Part shown: positions 20,489-29,044 of the stretch, in pieces
How the letters are laid out: each line of letters opens with the position of its first letter
Numbering within the stretch: position 1 is the first letter of the stretch
Assembly: GCA_963804165.1 (NCBI GenBank)
Contig: CAWDPO010000006.1
Location: 224,001-288,000 of the forward strand
Reading direction: 5' to 3'
Source of the DNA: an uncultured delta proteobacterium
GTDB taxonomy: Bacteria > Desulfobacterota > Binatia > UBA9968
DNA length: 64,000 nucleotides
Made by a program: the position numbers and the translations under genes
Notes under the pieces: model-generated
What the model was told of the DNA's origin: nothing
Seen by the model: the letters and a program-made list of their open reading frames with translations, nothing else
Databases searched by the model: none

Positions 20489-21577
20489 CAAAGGAGCCGA
20501 TTGAACTTTTTCTCTCACTTCGTAAGGTCTTTGTTGCATCAACACCACCGCGGCCCGCACACACAGTTTATGGGCCACCGCCACAATGGCCACTCGAGGA
20601 CCGAGATGACGCGGATGTTTTTTCGCCACGGTGCGGAAGAACTCTCTCAACTCGCCGTCCTGGCGGATCGCCGACCAAGAGGCTTGAATGAGTTTGCTGC
20701 GCAGTCTTGGATCTCCGCTGTGAGTAATCGAGCCGCGAGTGGTTCTCTCTCCGGTGGAGCTCTCGGTGGGTACCAACCCCACAAAGGCCGGCAGCTCACG
20801 AATGTTATTGATCTGGCGCCAGTCCCCAATACGGGCCATCATCTGGCTGGCCACGATCCAGCCGATCCCAGGAAGCGTTTTCAGATACTCGATACACCGA
20901 GACAGTTCCGGGTCGTTGTGGCAAAAGCGGCGAATCTCACGGGTGACCTTAAGGACTTGCTTCTCCCCAAACTCCAGATTGTCCAGCAACTGATCGAGCT
21001 TAAAGCGCACCACCGAAGAGCAGGGAAGCTTTCTCAGCTTGGCTTTGACCAAAAACGACCACTGGCTGCCGGCCGGAGCCGGGGGAAACTCCAGCCCTTC
21101 CATCAGCAACAGCGATTTGATGCGTTGCTTCATCGCCACCACCTCGCTGACCAGAGCGTCGCGCAGTTGAGTCAAGTGACGCAGCTCTCGATACAAGGTT
21201 GTGGGCACATGAATGCTCTTGAGCTGTCCGGCGCGCAGATTCTCTGCCAATCCCACGCTGTCGAGCCGATTGGTCTTCACTCGCTGTCCTGGCGCTTTGG
21301 GGATCATCGATGGAGAGGCGATCAAGCAAGGGTACCGTTGAGCGACCAACCCGTCATACAGTCCATAGCCCGTCGGTCCCGCCTCATAGGCAAAGGCTAC
21401 TTTCTTATCGCCATAGTGCTTACGAACATGGTTTACAAGATACTCGACATTGTACGGCATGCGCATCGACTTCACAGATCCCTGATGATCGGTAAAGGTC
21501 ACCGAAATGCTTTTCTTGTCCACATCGAGTCCGCCAAACACATCGTAATCGCGAGCGATGAAAGTTTCGATTCCCAT
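20420..21577 (-). CDS. IS110 family transposase/recombinase (DEDD RuvC-like + Tnp20 domains)
   Basis: GLDVDKKSISV, AYEAGPTGY, VKTNRLDS, TLPGIGWI, FVGLVPTESSTG..RGSITHSGDPRLR, AIVAVAHKL; RBS GGGAGG before ATG 21577. Confidence 0.95.
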   Translation of the reverse strand: MGIETFIARDYDVFGGLDVDKKSISVTFTDHQGSVKSMRMPYNVEYLVNHVRKHYGDKKVAFAYEAGPTGYGLYDGLVAQRYPCLIASPSMIPKAPGQRVKTNRLDSVGLAENLRAGQLKSIHVPTTLYRELRHLTQLRDALVSEVVAMKQRIKSLLLMEGLEFPPAPAGSQWSFLVKAKLRKLPCSSVVRFKLDQLLDNLEFGEKQVLKVTREIRRFCHNDPELSRCIEYLKTLPGIGWIVASQMMARIGDWRQINNIRELPAFVGLVPTESSTGERTTRGSITHSGDPRLRSKLIQASWSAIRQDGELREFFRTVAKKHPRHLGPRVAIVAVAHKLCVRAAVVLMQQRPYEVREKVQSAPLTQEETVPQGTTRRRPVPGEQDS

Positions 21578-21805
21578 CGTAGTGCCTCCCTGGTCCAACG
21601 GCCGATAAGTTTCGGCCACTGTACTATCACGGAGCACTCGCGGTATAGCTCGACATCCCTCATACAAGTCTTAGGGCGAACGGATAAGTACTCAATTTCT
21701 AATGAGACCACACGTCGTGAGCAGCTTGTCCTGAGCGAAGCCGAAGGAAACCATGAACGTGTCTTCACACAGTCTGACGAAGCAGGTGGGCCTTTTTCAT
21801 CAGGC

Positions 21806-22984
21806 TCAAGGCTCTTGCTGTTCGCGTTTCAGCTGGCTGTGATCGAGCAGCATCTCCCGCTTGCGCCGAATCATCTCGCGCTCTTGATTGAGAAAGCGCT
21901 CCACGGCCCGGCGGAATTTGCCGTCGACGAAATAGTGAACGCTGGTCGTGTGCTCGGGCTCCAAACCGCGCAGTTGTTTGAAGCTCCCCCCTGCGCCGGC
22001 TTCGAAACGCGCTAATCCTGCGCGAATCGAATGCTCGATTGCCGAGTAGTAACAGACGTTGAAATGGAGAAACGGATGCTCTTCGAAGCAGCCCCAGTAG
22101 CGCCCGTACATGGCGGTATCGTCACGGATGTTAAAGGTGCCAGCGATGATCTTGCCGTTGCGCTCGGCGAGCATCAGACATAAGTGTGCGGCGAACCGCC
22201 GATGCAGCTCATCGAAAAATTCCTGCGTGAGATACTGTCGGCCGTAATAGTGACGGTCGACGTGGCCTTTGTACAGGCGAAACATGGTGCGCACGTGATG
22301 CGTCGTGAGGTCGGCGCCTTCATAGGCGCGAATCGTGATGCCGCGCTCCGCCACCTCGCGCCGCTCGCGTTTGACTTTATTGCGCCGATCGCTGCGAAAG
22401 CTGCCGAGGTAGTCGTCGAAGGAGTTGAAATTGCGGTTTTGCCAGTGGAACTGAATGCCGGCGCGCGGAAAGAAACCCACTTGTTCCAGCGACTCCCGTT
22501 CGTCGGCGAGACAGAAATTTACGTGAACCGACGAGATTTTATTGTCGGCGGCGATCTTGGCCAACGCCTGCCCCATGAAACGGATCAACTGGCCGCGATC
22601 TTCGTTCGGCGCGGTTAAAAAACGATGACCGGTTACCGGCGTGAACGGCACGCCGACGAGCATTTTCGGGTAATATTGAATTCCCGCGTGCTGCGCCGCC
22701 TCGGCCCATTCATAGTCGAAGACAAACTCGCCCATGCTGTGGAGCTTTAAATACATCGGGCATGCGCCGATGAGTTCGCCCGCTTTCTCGACGATGATGT
22801 GGTGCGGCAACCAGCCGGTTTGCTCATTGACGCAGTCCGATTGCTCCAAACTGTCGAGCCAATCCCATTTCAAAAAGGGTGTCGCGCCGCCGGTCAATGT
22901 GTCCCAGCGCTCGCGCGGCACTTCCGCGACCTTTTGCACGACTCTTAGAGTGCTCGTGTCCGACATCACCGCCGATCTTAGCAT
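21806..22984 (-). CDS. GNAT-fold FemAB-like protein (DUF482 family)
   Basis: PMYLKLHSMGEFVFDYEWA, YYPKMLVGVPFTPVTG, YGRYWG, LHFNVCYY, FEAGAGG. Confidence 0.9.
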   Translation of the reverse strand: MLRSAVMSDTSTLRVVQKVAEVPRERWDTLTGGATPFLKWDWLDSLEQSDCVNEQTGWLPHHIIVEKAGELIGACPMYLKLHSMGEFVFDYEWAEAAQHAGIQYYPKMLVGVPFTPVTGHRFLTAPNEDRGQLIRFMGQALAKIAADNKISSVHVNFCLADERESLEQVGFFPRAGIQFHWQNRNFNSFDDYLGSFRSDRRNKVKRERREVAERGITIRAYEGADLTTHHVRTMFRLYKGHVDRHYYGRQYLTQEFFDELHRRFAAHLCLMLAERNGKIIAGTFNIRDDTAMYGRYWGCFEEHPFLHFNVCYYSAIEHSIRAGLARFEAGAGGSFKQLRGLEPEHTTSVHYFVDGKFRRAVERFLNQEREMIRRKREMLLDHSQLKREQQEP

Positions 22985-23136
22985 GAGCGTCTATTCGATC
23001 AAACTTTAGTGGAAATTTCGGCAGTTTGGCTCGCCAGCCTACCGAAAGGTCTTTTTTGGAGGCGGCGCTGCGAACCGGGCACGCTCTTGACAAGTCTACC
23101 GGGCAACCTTATTGATTATCTACGCGCGAGCGACTT

Positions 23137-23583
23137 ATGGTCATCTACAACCTCCTCTGCAAAAAGAAACACAGCTTCGAAGGCTGGTTTCCCAGTTTTG
23201 AGGATTTTCAGAAACAAGCGGACAAGAAGCTGATCTCTTGCCCGACCTGCGGCACGACCAAGGTCGAGAAGGTTCCGCACGCTTGCGCCGTGCACGTGAA
23301 AAAAGACCGACCCGCGCCGCCGGCTATAAAGCCCGAGCAGACGCCGCCGCCGGCGCCGCCGAGCGCTGCGGAATTCAAGGAAATGCTGCTTAAAGTGCAT
23401 CACTACGTCAAAGAGAATTTCGAAGACGTCGGTTCCCGCTTTGCCGAAGAAGCCCGCGAGATTCACAAAGGTGCGGCAGAGGAACGCCCCATTCATGGCA
23501 CGGCGACGCGGGATGAAGCCAAAGACCTTGCCGAAGAAGGCGTGCCGTTCGTCGCTTTGCCGAAGCCCGAGCTCGACAGCTAG
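23137..23583 (+). CDS. DUF1178 family protein
   Basis: MVIYNLLCKKKHSFEGWF, CPTCG, FEDVGSRFAEEAREIH, RPIHGTAT. Confidence 0.9.
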   Translation: MVIYNLLCKKKHSFEGWFPSFEDFQKQADKKLISCPTCGTTKVEKVPHACAVHVKKDRPAPPAIKPEQTPPPAPPSAAEFKEMLLKVHHYVKENFEDVGSRFAEEAREIHKGAAEERPIHGTATRDEAKDLAEEGVPFVALPKPELDS

Positions 23584-23620
23584 CTCGCTGTTCGTTCGAA
23601 TCGATTGAGTGATTTTACGA

Positions 23621-23649
23621 ACGCCGCCGCCAGGCGGCGTTTTTGTTTT
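23621..23649 (+). terminator. Rho-independent terminator
   Basis: ACGCCGCC-GCCA-GGCGGCGT followed by TTTTGTTTT, after DUF1178. Confidence 0.8.
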
Positions 23650-23716
23650 CCCGCCTGTTGCAATCGCCGCGCTCCTGCGAAATAGATGCGTGAACAAATC
23701 CGCACGCGGAGGCCGC

Positions 23717-24799
23717 ATGCTACTGATCAACAACCAAGTGGTCGAAAAAATTCTCGATATCCGGGGCTGCATGGAAGCTCTGGAAACCGGCTACCGCGAT
23801 CTGATCAACGAGCGCGCGAACTATCGAGGTCGCTACGATTTCTTCGTGCCCAGCGACGATCCCAAGCTGATGTACCGCTGGGGCACCATGGAAGGAGCGT
23901 CGCGTTCCTTTGAAACCTTCGCGATCAGAATGAAGTCCGACATGCTCGAATGGCCCGAAGGAAAAACCGTAGAAAAGTATTGTGTCGAGCCCGGGACTTT
24001 TTGCGGTTTCGTTATGGTTTTTTCAACTCGTAACGGCGAACCGCTGGCGATTATCAACGACGGTATCATTCAGCACATGCGCGTCGGCGCCTGCGCCGGT
24101 CTCGGCGCGAAGTATTTATCGCGCGAAGATTCGGGCGTCGCCGGCATTTACGGCTCAGGTGGCATGGCGCGCACCTATTTGCTTGCCTTCACCCAGGTGC
24201 GCAAGCTGCACGAAGTCAAAGTCTTCAGTCCGACCAAAAAAAATCGCGAAGCTTACGCCAAAGAGATGGGCGAAAAGCTCGGCATTAAAATCACTCCAGT
24301 CGAACGCGCCGAAGACGCCTTGCGCGGCTCGGACATCGTCGCCACCTGCACCGATTCGATTCAAGTCGTGGTCGATGATCCCGCGCTGATCGAAGCGGGC
24401 ATGCATCTCACCTGCGTGAAATCGAATGAGTGGAATCCGGAAATCGTCAAGCGGTCAGATCTAGTCGTCAAAATGGGGCGCGCGACGATGAACTTGGACG
24501 TAGGGCAGATGCGCATCGGCGGCGAAGCCGCGGTGGTCGCGGGCAATGCGGAGGAGATCAAAAGAATCGCCAATCCCAAGGTCGATATTTTCTCCGCCGA
24601 CTTGCCGCTGCTTACCGACATCATGTCCGGCAAGCTCAAAGGTCGCACCGATAGAAATCAAGTGACCTTTTTCGCCAACAGCGGCACTCAGGGGCTCCAA
24701 TTCGCCTCCACCGCCGGCTACGTCGTGCGCGAAGCCAAACGCCGCGGTTTGGGACAGCAGATTCCGACCGACTGGTTTTTGCAGGACATCAGGGATTAG
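23717..24799 (+). CDS. Ornithine cyclodeaminase/mu-crystallin family protein
   Basis: FSTRNGEPLAIINDG, RVGACAGLGAKYL, GIYGSGGMAR, DIVATCTDS, GRTDRNQVTFF, GLQFA; RBS GGAGG before ATG 23717. Confidence 0.88.
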   Translation: MLLINNQVVEKILDIRGCMEALETGYRDLINERANYRGRYDFFVPSDDPKLMYRWGTMEGASRSFETFAIRMKSDMLEWPEGKTVEKYCVEPGTFCGFVMVFSTRNGEPLAIINDGIIQHMRVGACAGLGAKYLSREDSGVAGIYGSGGMARTYLLAFTQVRKLHEVKVFSPTKKNREAYAKEMGEKLGIKITPVERAEDALRGSDIVATCTDSIQVVVDDPALIEAGMHLTCVKSNEWNPEIVKRSDLVVKMGRATMNLDVGQMRIGGEAAVVAGNAEEIKRIANPKVDIFSADLPLLTDIMSGKLKGRTDRNQVTFFANSGTQGLQFASTAGYVVREAKRRGLGQQIPTDWFLQDIRD

Positions 24800-24802
24800 C
24801 TG

Positions 24803-24977
24803 CTAACGCGCCAGGTCGGCGAAATCGGTTTCGATTTGCGGCGAAAGACCCTCCCAACCGACGGCAAAACCGACGGTTAAGGGGATGCAACTGGTGCTGG
24901 ACGCGGCGGCCGAAGACGACCCAAAGGCTAAGACGCTCAGTCCACAGCAGCTGATCGATCTGAGTTTTCTGCCGTAG
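24803..24977 (+). pseudogene. C-terminal remnant of an NMT1-like substrate-binding protein
   Basis: ...DGKPTVKGMQLVLDAAAEDDPKAKTLSPQQLIDLSFLP* (one frameshift) resembles the C-terminus of the 3578-4576 protein (AVQAILDDISPADPRAKKLKPQDLYDRRYL). Confidence 0.65.
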
Positions 24978-24987
24978 AGGAGATTGT

Positions 24988-25989
24988 ATGACTGAGTCAA
25001 CGAGAATCCCCCGATTTAGCACCGACGAAGCGATGCATCGCCTGCGCCAGACGGTTCACACGAAGGCAAACAACTTCTACGCGATGTATTCGAGCATCCT
25101 CGGCGGCATCGTCACCGACCCCGCCATTATGGTGCTGCCGCTCGACGATCACATGGTGCATCGCGGTCACGCCGTCTTTGATACAGCGGCACTGACCCAT
25201 GGGATGCTCTATCAACTCGATCCGCACTTGGATCGCTTGATCAAATCGGCCGACGCCGCGCGCATCCCGTTACCGTTTCCGCGAGAACGGTTGCGTCAGA
25301 TCATTTTGGAAACCGCGGCGGCGAGCCACCAACGCGATGGATCGGTGCGTTACTGGCTATCCGCCGGGCCCGGCGGCTACGGCCTTGGTCCGGCGGAGTG
25401 CGTCGGCAGCAGTTTCTACGTGATCGTCTTCAAACAGGAAGCTTACCCCGAGAGTTACTATCGACAGGGCATCAAGATCATCACCAGCCAGGTGCCGATC
25501 AAGCCGCCGCTCTTCGCGCGCATCAAGTCGACCAATTATTTGCCGAACGTGCTCGTCGTGCTGGAAGCCAAGGATCGCGGCGCCGACAACGGTGTTTTCA
25601 TCGACCAGCGCGGCATGGTGGCGGAAAGCTCCAACATGAACGTGGCATTCGTCACCAAGGATCGCGTGTTTCGCCATCCGCCTTTCGATGCGATCTTGTC
25701 AGGCATCACGATCCAGCGAGTTCTCAATTTCGCCCAGCGTCTCGTACAAGAAGGCCTGCTTAACGCTGTCCAAGTCGCCGATATTCCGGCGCAGGACGGG
25801 CACCACGCGGTGGAAATGATGCTCATCGGCAGCTCGATCAAAGTCGCGCCCGTGGTCGAATGGGACGAACAAAAGATCGGCGACGGCAAACCAGGACCGA
25901 TCACCAAAAAACTTCTGGAAATGTGGAACGAGGACGCGACATCGGCGACGGATCAGCTCGTGCCAGTGCCCTACGACGAAGAAACCTAG
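24988..25989 (+). CDS. Class IV PLP aminotransferase (D-amino-acid transaminase/ADC lyase-like)
   Basis: DDHMVHRGHAVFDT, HLDRL, IKSTNYLPNVL (PLP Lys), AESSNMNV, ILSGIT, IGDGKPGPIT. Confidence 0.9.
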   Translation: MTESTRIPRFSTDEAMHRLRQTVHTKANNFYAMYSSILGGIVTDPAIMVLPLDDHMVHRGHAVFDTAALTHGMLYQLDPHLDRLIKSADAARIPLPFPRERLRQIILETAAASHQRDGSVRYWLSAGPGGYGLGPAECVGSSFYVIVFKQEAYPESYYRQGIKIITSQVPIKPPLFARIKSTNYLPNVLVVLEAKDRGADNGVFIDQRGMVAESSNMNVAFVTKDRVFRHPPFDAILSGITIQRVLNFAQRLVQEGLLNAVQVADIPAQDGHHAVEMMLIGSSIKVAPVVEWDEQKIGDGKPGPITKKLLEMWNEDATSATDQLVPVPYDEET

Positions 25990-26229
25990 CGACAAAGACA
26001 CACTCGAAGGTTTTGTTTCTTGAGCCCGCAATGCTTGTCCCCCGGACTCTCGGCGGGCGAACAAAACTAGTATTTTTGATCCAATCTTCAAGCTGATCGA
26101 GAGTCCAAATAAACTCGCAGAAGATGTCCCGAGCGCACTTCTCGTTCGTCGTATTAATGAAACGAAATAAAGCCGCCGGCACGATCACGGCACGTCACGC
26201 GCGATCATAGGCCTAAAAGGAGGTTCGAG

Positions 26230-26345
26230 ATGCAAGGTCACAAGGTGGTTTCCAGAGATGAATGGCTCGCTGCGCGCAGCAACACTTGATTAAGGAGAAA
26301 GAAGTCACCCAGCTGCGCGATCAATTGAGCGCCGAGCGGCGCTAA
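26230..26345 (+). pseudogene. N-terminal remnant of DUF899 (thioredoxin-like) protein
   Basis: RBS AGGAGG; MQGHKVVSRDEWLAAR, then after a frameshift QHLIKEKEVTQLRDQLSAERR*. Confidence 0.7.
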
Positions 26346-26448
26346 AAACAGTGCGCATTACGTGGCCGAAGAGCAACCGGAGATCGTGGCTGAACTCATC
26401 GGACGTTACGCTTCGCTATAGAAGGGTGAAACCTCGACAAACAGGAGG

Positions 26449-27234
26449 ATGGAAATGCTACTTGAGAACAAGAACGCAGTGGTCTACGGAGCGGGAGGAG
26501 CGATCGGCGGTGCGGTTGCTCGTGCCTTCGCCCGCGAGGGAGCGAAGGTCTTCCTGGCGGGTCGCACGGTGGCAAAACTTGACGCGGTGGCCAGCGAGAT
26601 CTCCGCCGCAGGAGGAGAGGCCGAATTAGCTCAAGTCGATGCCCTCGATGAACCGGCCGTTGAGAAGTACATCGGCGAAGTCGTTAAGAAAGCGGGGTGC
26701 ATTGACGTCTCATTCAACGCCATCGGAATGGAAGACGTTCAAGGAACGCAGCTCATCGAGATGACGCTTGAAAACTTCGTGCACCCGATCACGACGGCGA
26801 TGAGGACGCAATTCTTGACTGTGAGGGCGGCAGCGCGACACATGGTCAAGAAGGGATCAGGCGTGATTTTGGCAATCACCGCGACGCCGGCGCGCATGGC
26901 TTTTCCTTTGGTCGGAGGCTTCGGACCGGCAGGCGCGGCGGTCGAAGGTCTTTGCCGCGGTTTTGCGGCGGAACTTGGATCGCAGGGTGTCCGTGTCGTT
27001 TGCCTACGGTCGGCAGGATCTCCGGAATCGATCGCAGACAGCCTGGATGATCACGCCAAGGCTGCCGGTATGACGCGCGAGGAGTTCCAGGCCTCCATCG
27101 AAAACATGACTCTGCTTCGACGACTTCCGACGTTGGCCGAGGTGGCGAACGTGGCGGCCTTCATGGCTTCCGATCAGGCTAGCGCGATGACGGGGACCGT
27201 GGCCAACATGACTTGCGGCTCAATCGTCGATTAG
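26449..27234 (+). CDS. SDR family oxidoreductase
   Basis: VVYGAGGAIG, LAEVANVAAFMASDQASAMTG; no canonical YxxxK (atypical SDR). Confidence 0.88.
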   Translation: MEMLLENKNAVVYGAGGAIGGAVARAFAREGAKVFLAGRTVAKLDAVASEISAAGGEAELAQVDALDEPAVEKYIGEVVKKAGCIDVSFNAIGMEDVQGTQLIEMTLENFVHPITTAMRTQFLTVRAAARHMVKKGSGVILAITATPARMAFPLVGGFGPAGAAVEGLCRGFAAELGSQGVRVVCLRSAGSPESIADSLDDHAKAAGMTREEFQASIENMTLLRRLPTLAEVANVAAFMASDQASAMTGTVANMTCGSIVD

Positions 27235-27277
27235 CTGCTCCCAAAAATCCTGGCCGGTTTAGCTTGGAGGAAAAATT

Positions 27278-27862
27278 ATGACAATGCCGATAGTCAAGAC
27301 CGTTACGACATCGGATGAAGCTCCAGTCATTGATGTCGTGGTACTGGCGTTTAGCGCGGACCCTGGTGCGCGTTGGACGTGGCCCGATCCGCAGCAGTAT
27401 CTCATGCATTTCCCTAGTTTCGTCCAGGCATTCGGGGGCAAGGCGTTTACACACGGGAGCGCCTACTACGTTAACGGCTATGTCGGTGCAGCACTGTGGC
27501 TTCCACCAGATGTGCACCCTGATGAAGACGTGCTCATCACCCTATTGCAACACACCGCGCCCGAGCAGATTCAAAAGGACATCTTTGCGGTATTCGAACA
27601 AATGGGTCGCTATCATCCGAGCCAACCGCATTGGTATTTGCCGGTCATTGGTGTCGACCCGTTCCAACAGGGCAAAGGATTTGGTTCGGCGTTAATGCAG
27701 CACGCCCTTCTTCAGTGCGACCGAGACCACGCGCCCGCGTACCTCGAGTCGACCAATTCGGCCAACATCCCGCTGTATGAGCGACATGGCTTTAAAGTGC
27801 TGGATATAATTCAAGTGGGATCATCGCCGCCTATCTTCCCGATGCTCCGAGCGGCCCGCTGA
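27278..27862 (+). CDS. GNAT N-acetyltransferase (puromycin acetyltransferase-like)
   Basis: AFSADP, GAALWLPP, HWYLPVIGVDPFQQGKGFG, PAYLEST, LYERHGF. Confidence 0.88.
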   Translation: MTMPIVKTVTTSDEAPVIDVVVLAFSADPGARWTWPDPQQYLMHFPSFVQAFGGKAFTHGSAYYVNGYVGAALWLPPDVHPDEDVLITLLQHTAPEQIQKDIFAVFEQMGRYHPSQPHWYLPVIGVDPFQQGKGFGSALMQHALLQCDRDHAPAYLESTNSANIPLYERHGFKVLDIIQVGSSPPIFPMLRAAR

Positions 27863-27913
27863 AGGAATGCCATTGGCGGGCGAGTCGAGGGCGGCGGCAG
27901 CGATCACGCTTGA

Positions 27914-27952
27914 CTAGAGCGGAATTCGCCCCTAGGGCGAATTGGCGCCTAC
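27914..27952. repeat. GTAG-type REP-like palindrome
   Basis: AATTCGCCC-CTA-GGGCGAATT perfect hairpin; the minus strand begins GTAGGCGCC. Confidence 0.55.
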
Positions 27953-27982
27953 AAAATCCGCATGAAGAGAAAGGAGAAAGAA

Positions 27983-28436
27983 ATGACCACCGCAAATACC
28001 AAAGCAACTGAAGAAGCCCAGATCCGCACGTTGATCGACAATTGGGCGAACGCGCTACGGGCCAAGAACGCCAATGGCGTGGTGTCTCAATATGCGCCGG
28101 ACAGCATTAAGTTTATCCTCGCGCCTCCCCTCCGATACACGCGGGACAATCCGTTCGGCAAGAAGGACCCTGGAGGAGTGGTTCTCCTCGTTCCGAGGCC
28201 CGATTGGCTACGAGGTTCACGAAATGAACCTCACGACGGGCGACGACGTAGCCTTCTGCCACAGCCTCAACCGGATGATGGCGATAACGATAGGCGGAGA
28301 GAAAGTCGACTTATGGTTTCGCGAGACCCTCGGCTTCCGCAAAATCGACGGCAGGTGGACGATCACACATGAGCATAGCTCCGTGCCCTTCTACATGGAC
28401 GGTAGTTACAAAGCGGCGATCGACCTCAAACCCTAG
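27983..28436 (+). CDS. SnoaL/NTF2-like (ketosteroid isomerase-like) protein, one frameshift
   Basis: EAQIRTLIDNWANALRAKN, then in a shifted frame LEEWF...VAFCHSLNRM...GFRKIDGRWTITHEHSSVPFYMDGS. Confidence 0.8.
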
Positions 28437-28700
28437 TGCTTTGCCGAGAGCAGATAGGTTTGAGGAAAACGCCTGCGTTGATCAAACGACTGTCCGTTCG
28501 TCGTTTTCCATGTGAGAAACTTTTGAACCGATAGTCAAATCGCTAGACCCGATCCTCTGGACGGACCGTGTGGTTGCTTTCGAAATCCAAAGCCACGGAA
28601 AAGCTCGAAGAGAGATTGTCAAGAAAGTAGTCCTGATGGTAGACACCCGACTTTTAGTCAAGGCACCGTGAAGGTAAAATACCCGCCGACATCTTCAGAA

Positions 28701-29009
28701 TCAGGGAACATTGAGGCTGCCGATTTCCGCGATTGGCCGGCCGAGATGATTTCGGAAAAGTATGACGATTTCTCGCATAGCGTCTTCCGCATCGAAGTGC
28801 AAAGAACCAACATATTCTTGTTGGTTCCATTGGATAACGACAAAGCAATGAGGACTATTCAAGATGCTGGGGGCAGAGTCCAGCACTCGAATCAGAACGC
28901 CGACTTCGCCGCGAGGCAAGGGATTGCTCGGGCCGAACGGTCCCGTCCACGCGGGAGGCCAGTTGGAGCGGCCCAGAAACGTCATGCACGGATGCTTTCT
29001 CAGCTCCAT
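28701..29009 (-). CDS. Hypothetical protein
   Basis: 102-aa ORF directly downstream of the Crp gene on the same strand; WPPAW motif; no family recognised. Confidence 0.55.
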   Translation of the reverse strand: MELRKHPCMTFLGRSNWPPAWTGPFGPSNPLPRGEVGVLIRVLDSAPSILNSPHCFVVIQWNQQEYVGSLHFDAEDAMREIVILFRNHLGRPIAEIGSLNVP

Positions 29010-29044
29010 AGCGAGGGCTCCATGCTCTTTTTCATACGTTAGCG

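Larger units (their letters stand above)
20234..21669 (-). mobile_element. IS110-family (IS1111-like) insertion sequence, ~1.43 kb
   Basis: GT core at both ends (20234-20235, 21668-21669); removal restores CCCTTCGACGGTCTTAGGGCGAACGG; imperfect subterminal IRs at 20241-20255 and 21649-21664; short upstream end and long downstream end. Confidence 0.85.
20198..21776. mobile_element. MITE (~145 bp when empty) with 13-bp perfect TIRs and 4-bp target duplication, interrupted by IS110
   Basis: CAGACTGTGTGAA (20198-20210) / TTCACACAGTCTG (21764-21776), 15/16 when extended; ACGA on both sides (20194-20197, 21777-21780). The TIR resembles IS1182-type ends (from recall, unverified). Confidence 0.8.
20097..21809. 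repeat. Outer ~130-bp palindromic (REP-like) element, interrupted by nested insertions
   Basis: Arms TTGAGCCTCATCAAAAAGGTCCAGATGC (20097-20124) and GCAGGTGGGCCTTTTTCATCAGGCTCAA (21782-21809) are inverted at 23/28; removing 20198-21780 rejoins GCAACGA|AGCAGG. Confidence 0.7.

Noticed and set aside
21578-21667. Extended transposase start (MYEGCR...)
   Set aside because: Begins at the IS terminus; ATG 21577 has a good RBS and sits just before the RuvC GLD motif.
20234-22015. 593-aa plus-strand ORF spanning the IS
   Set aside because: Antisense shadow of the transposase; no recognisable motifs, and it crosses element boundaries into the DUF482 gene.
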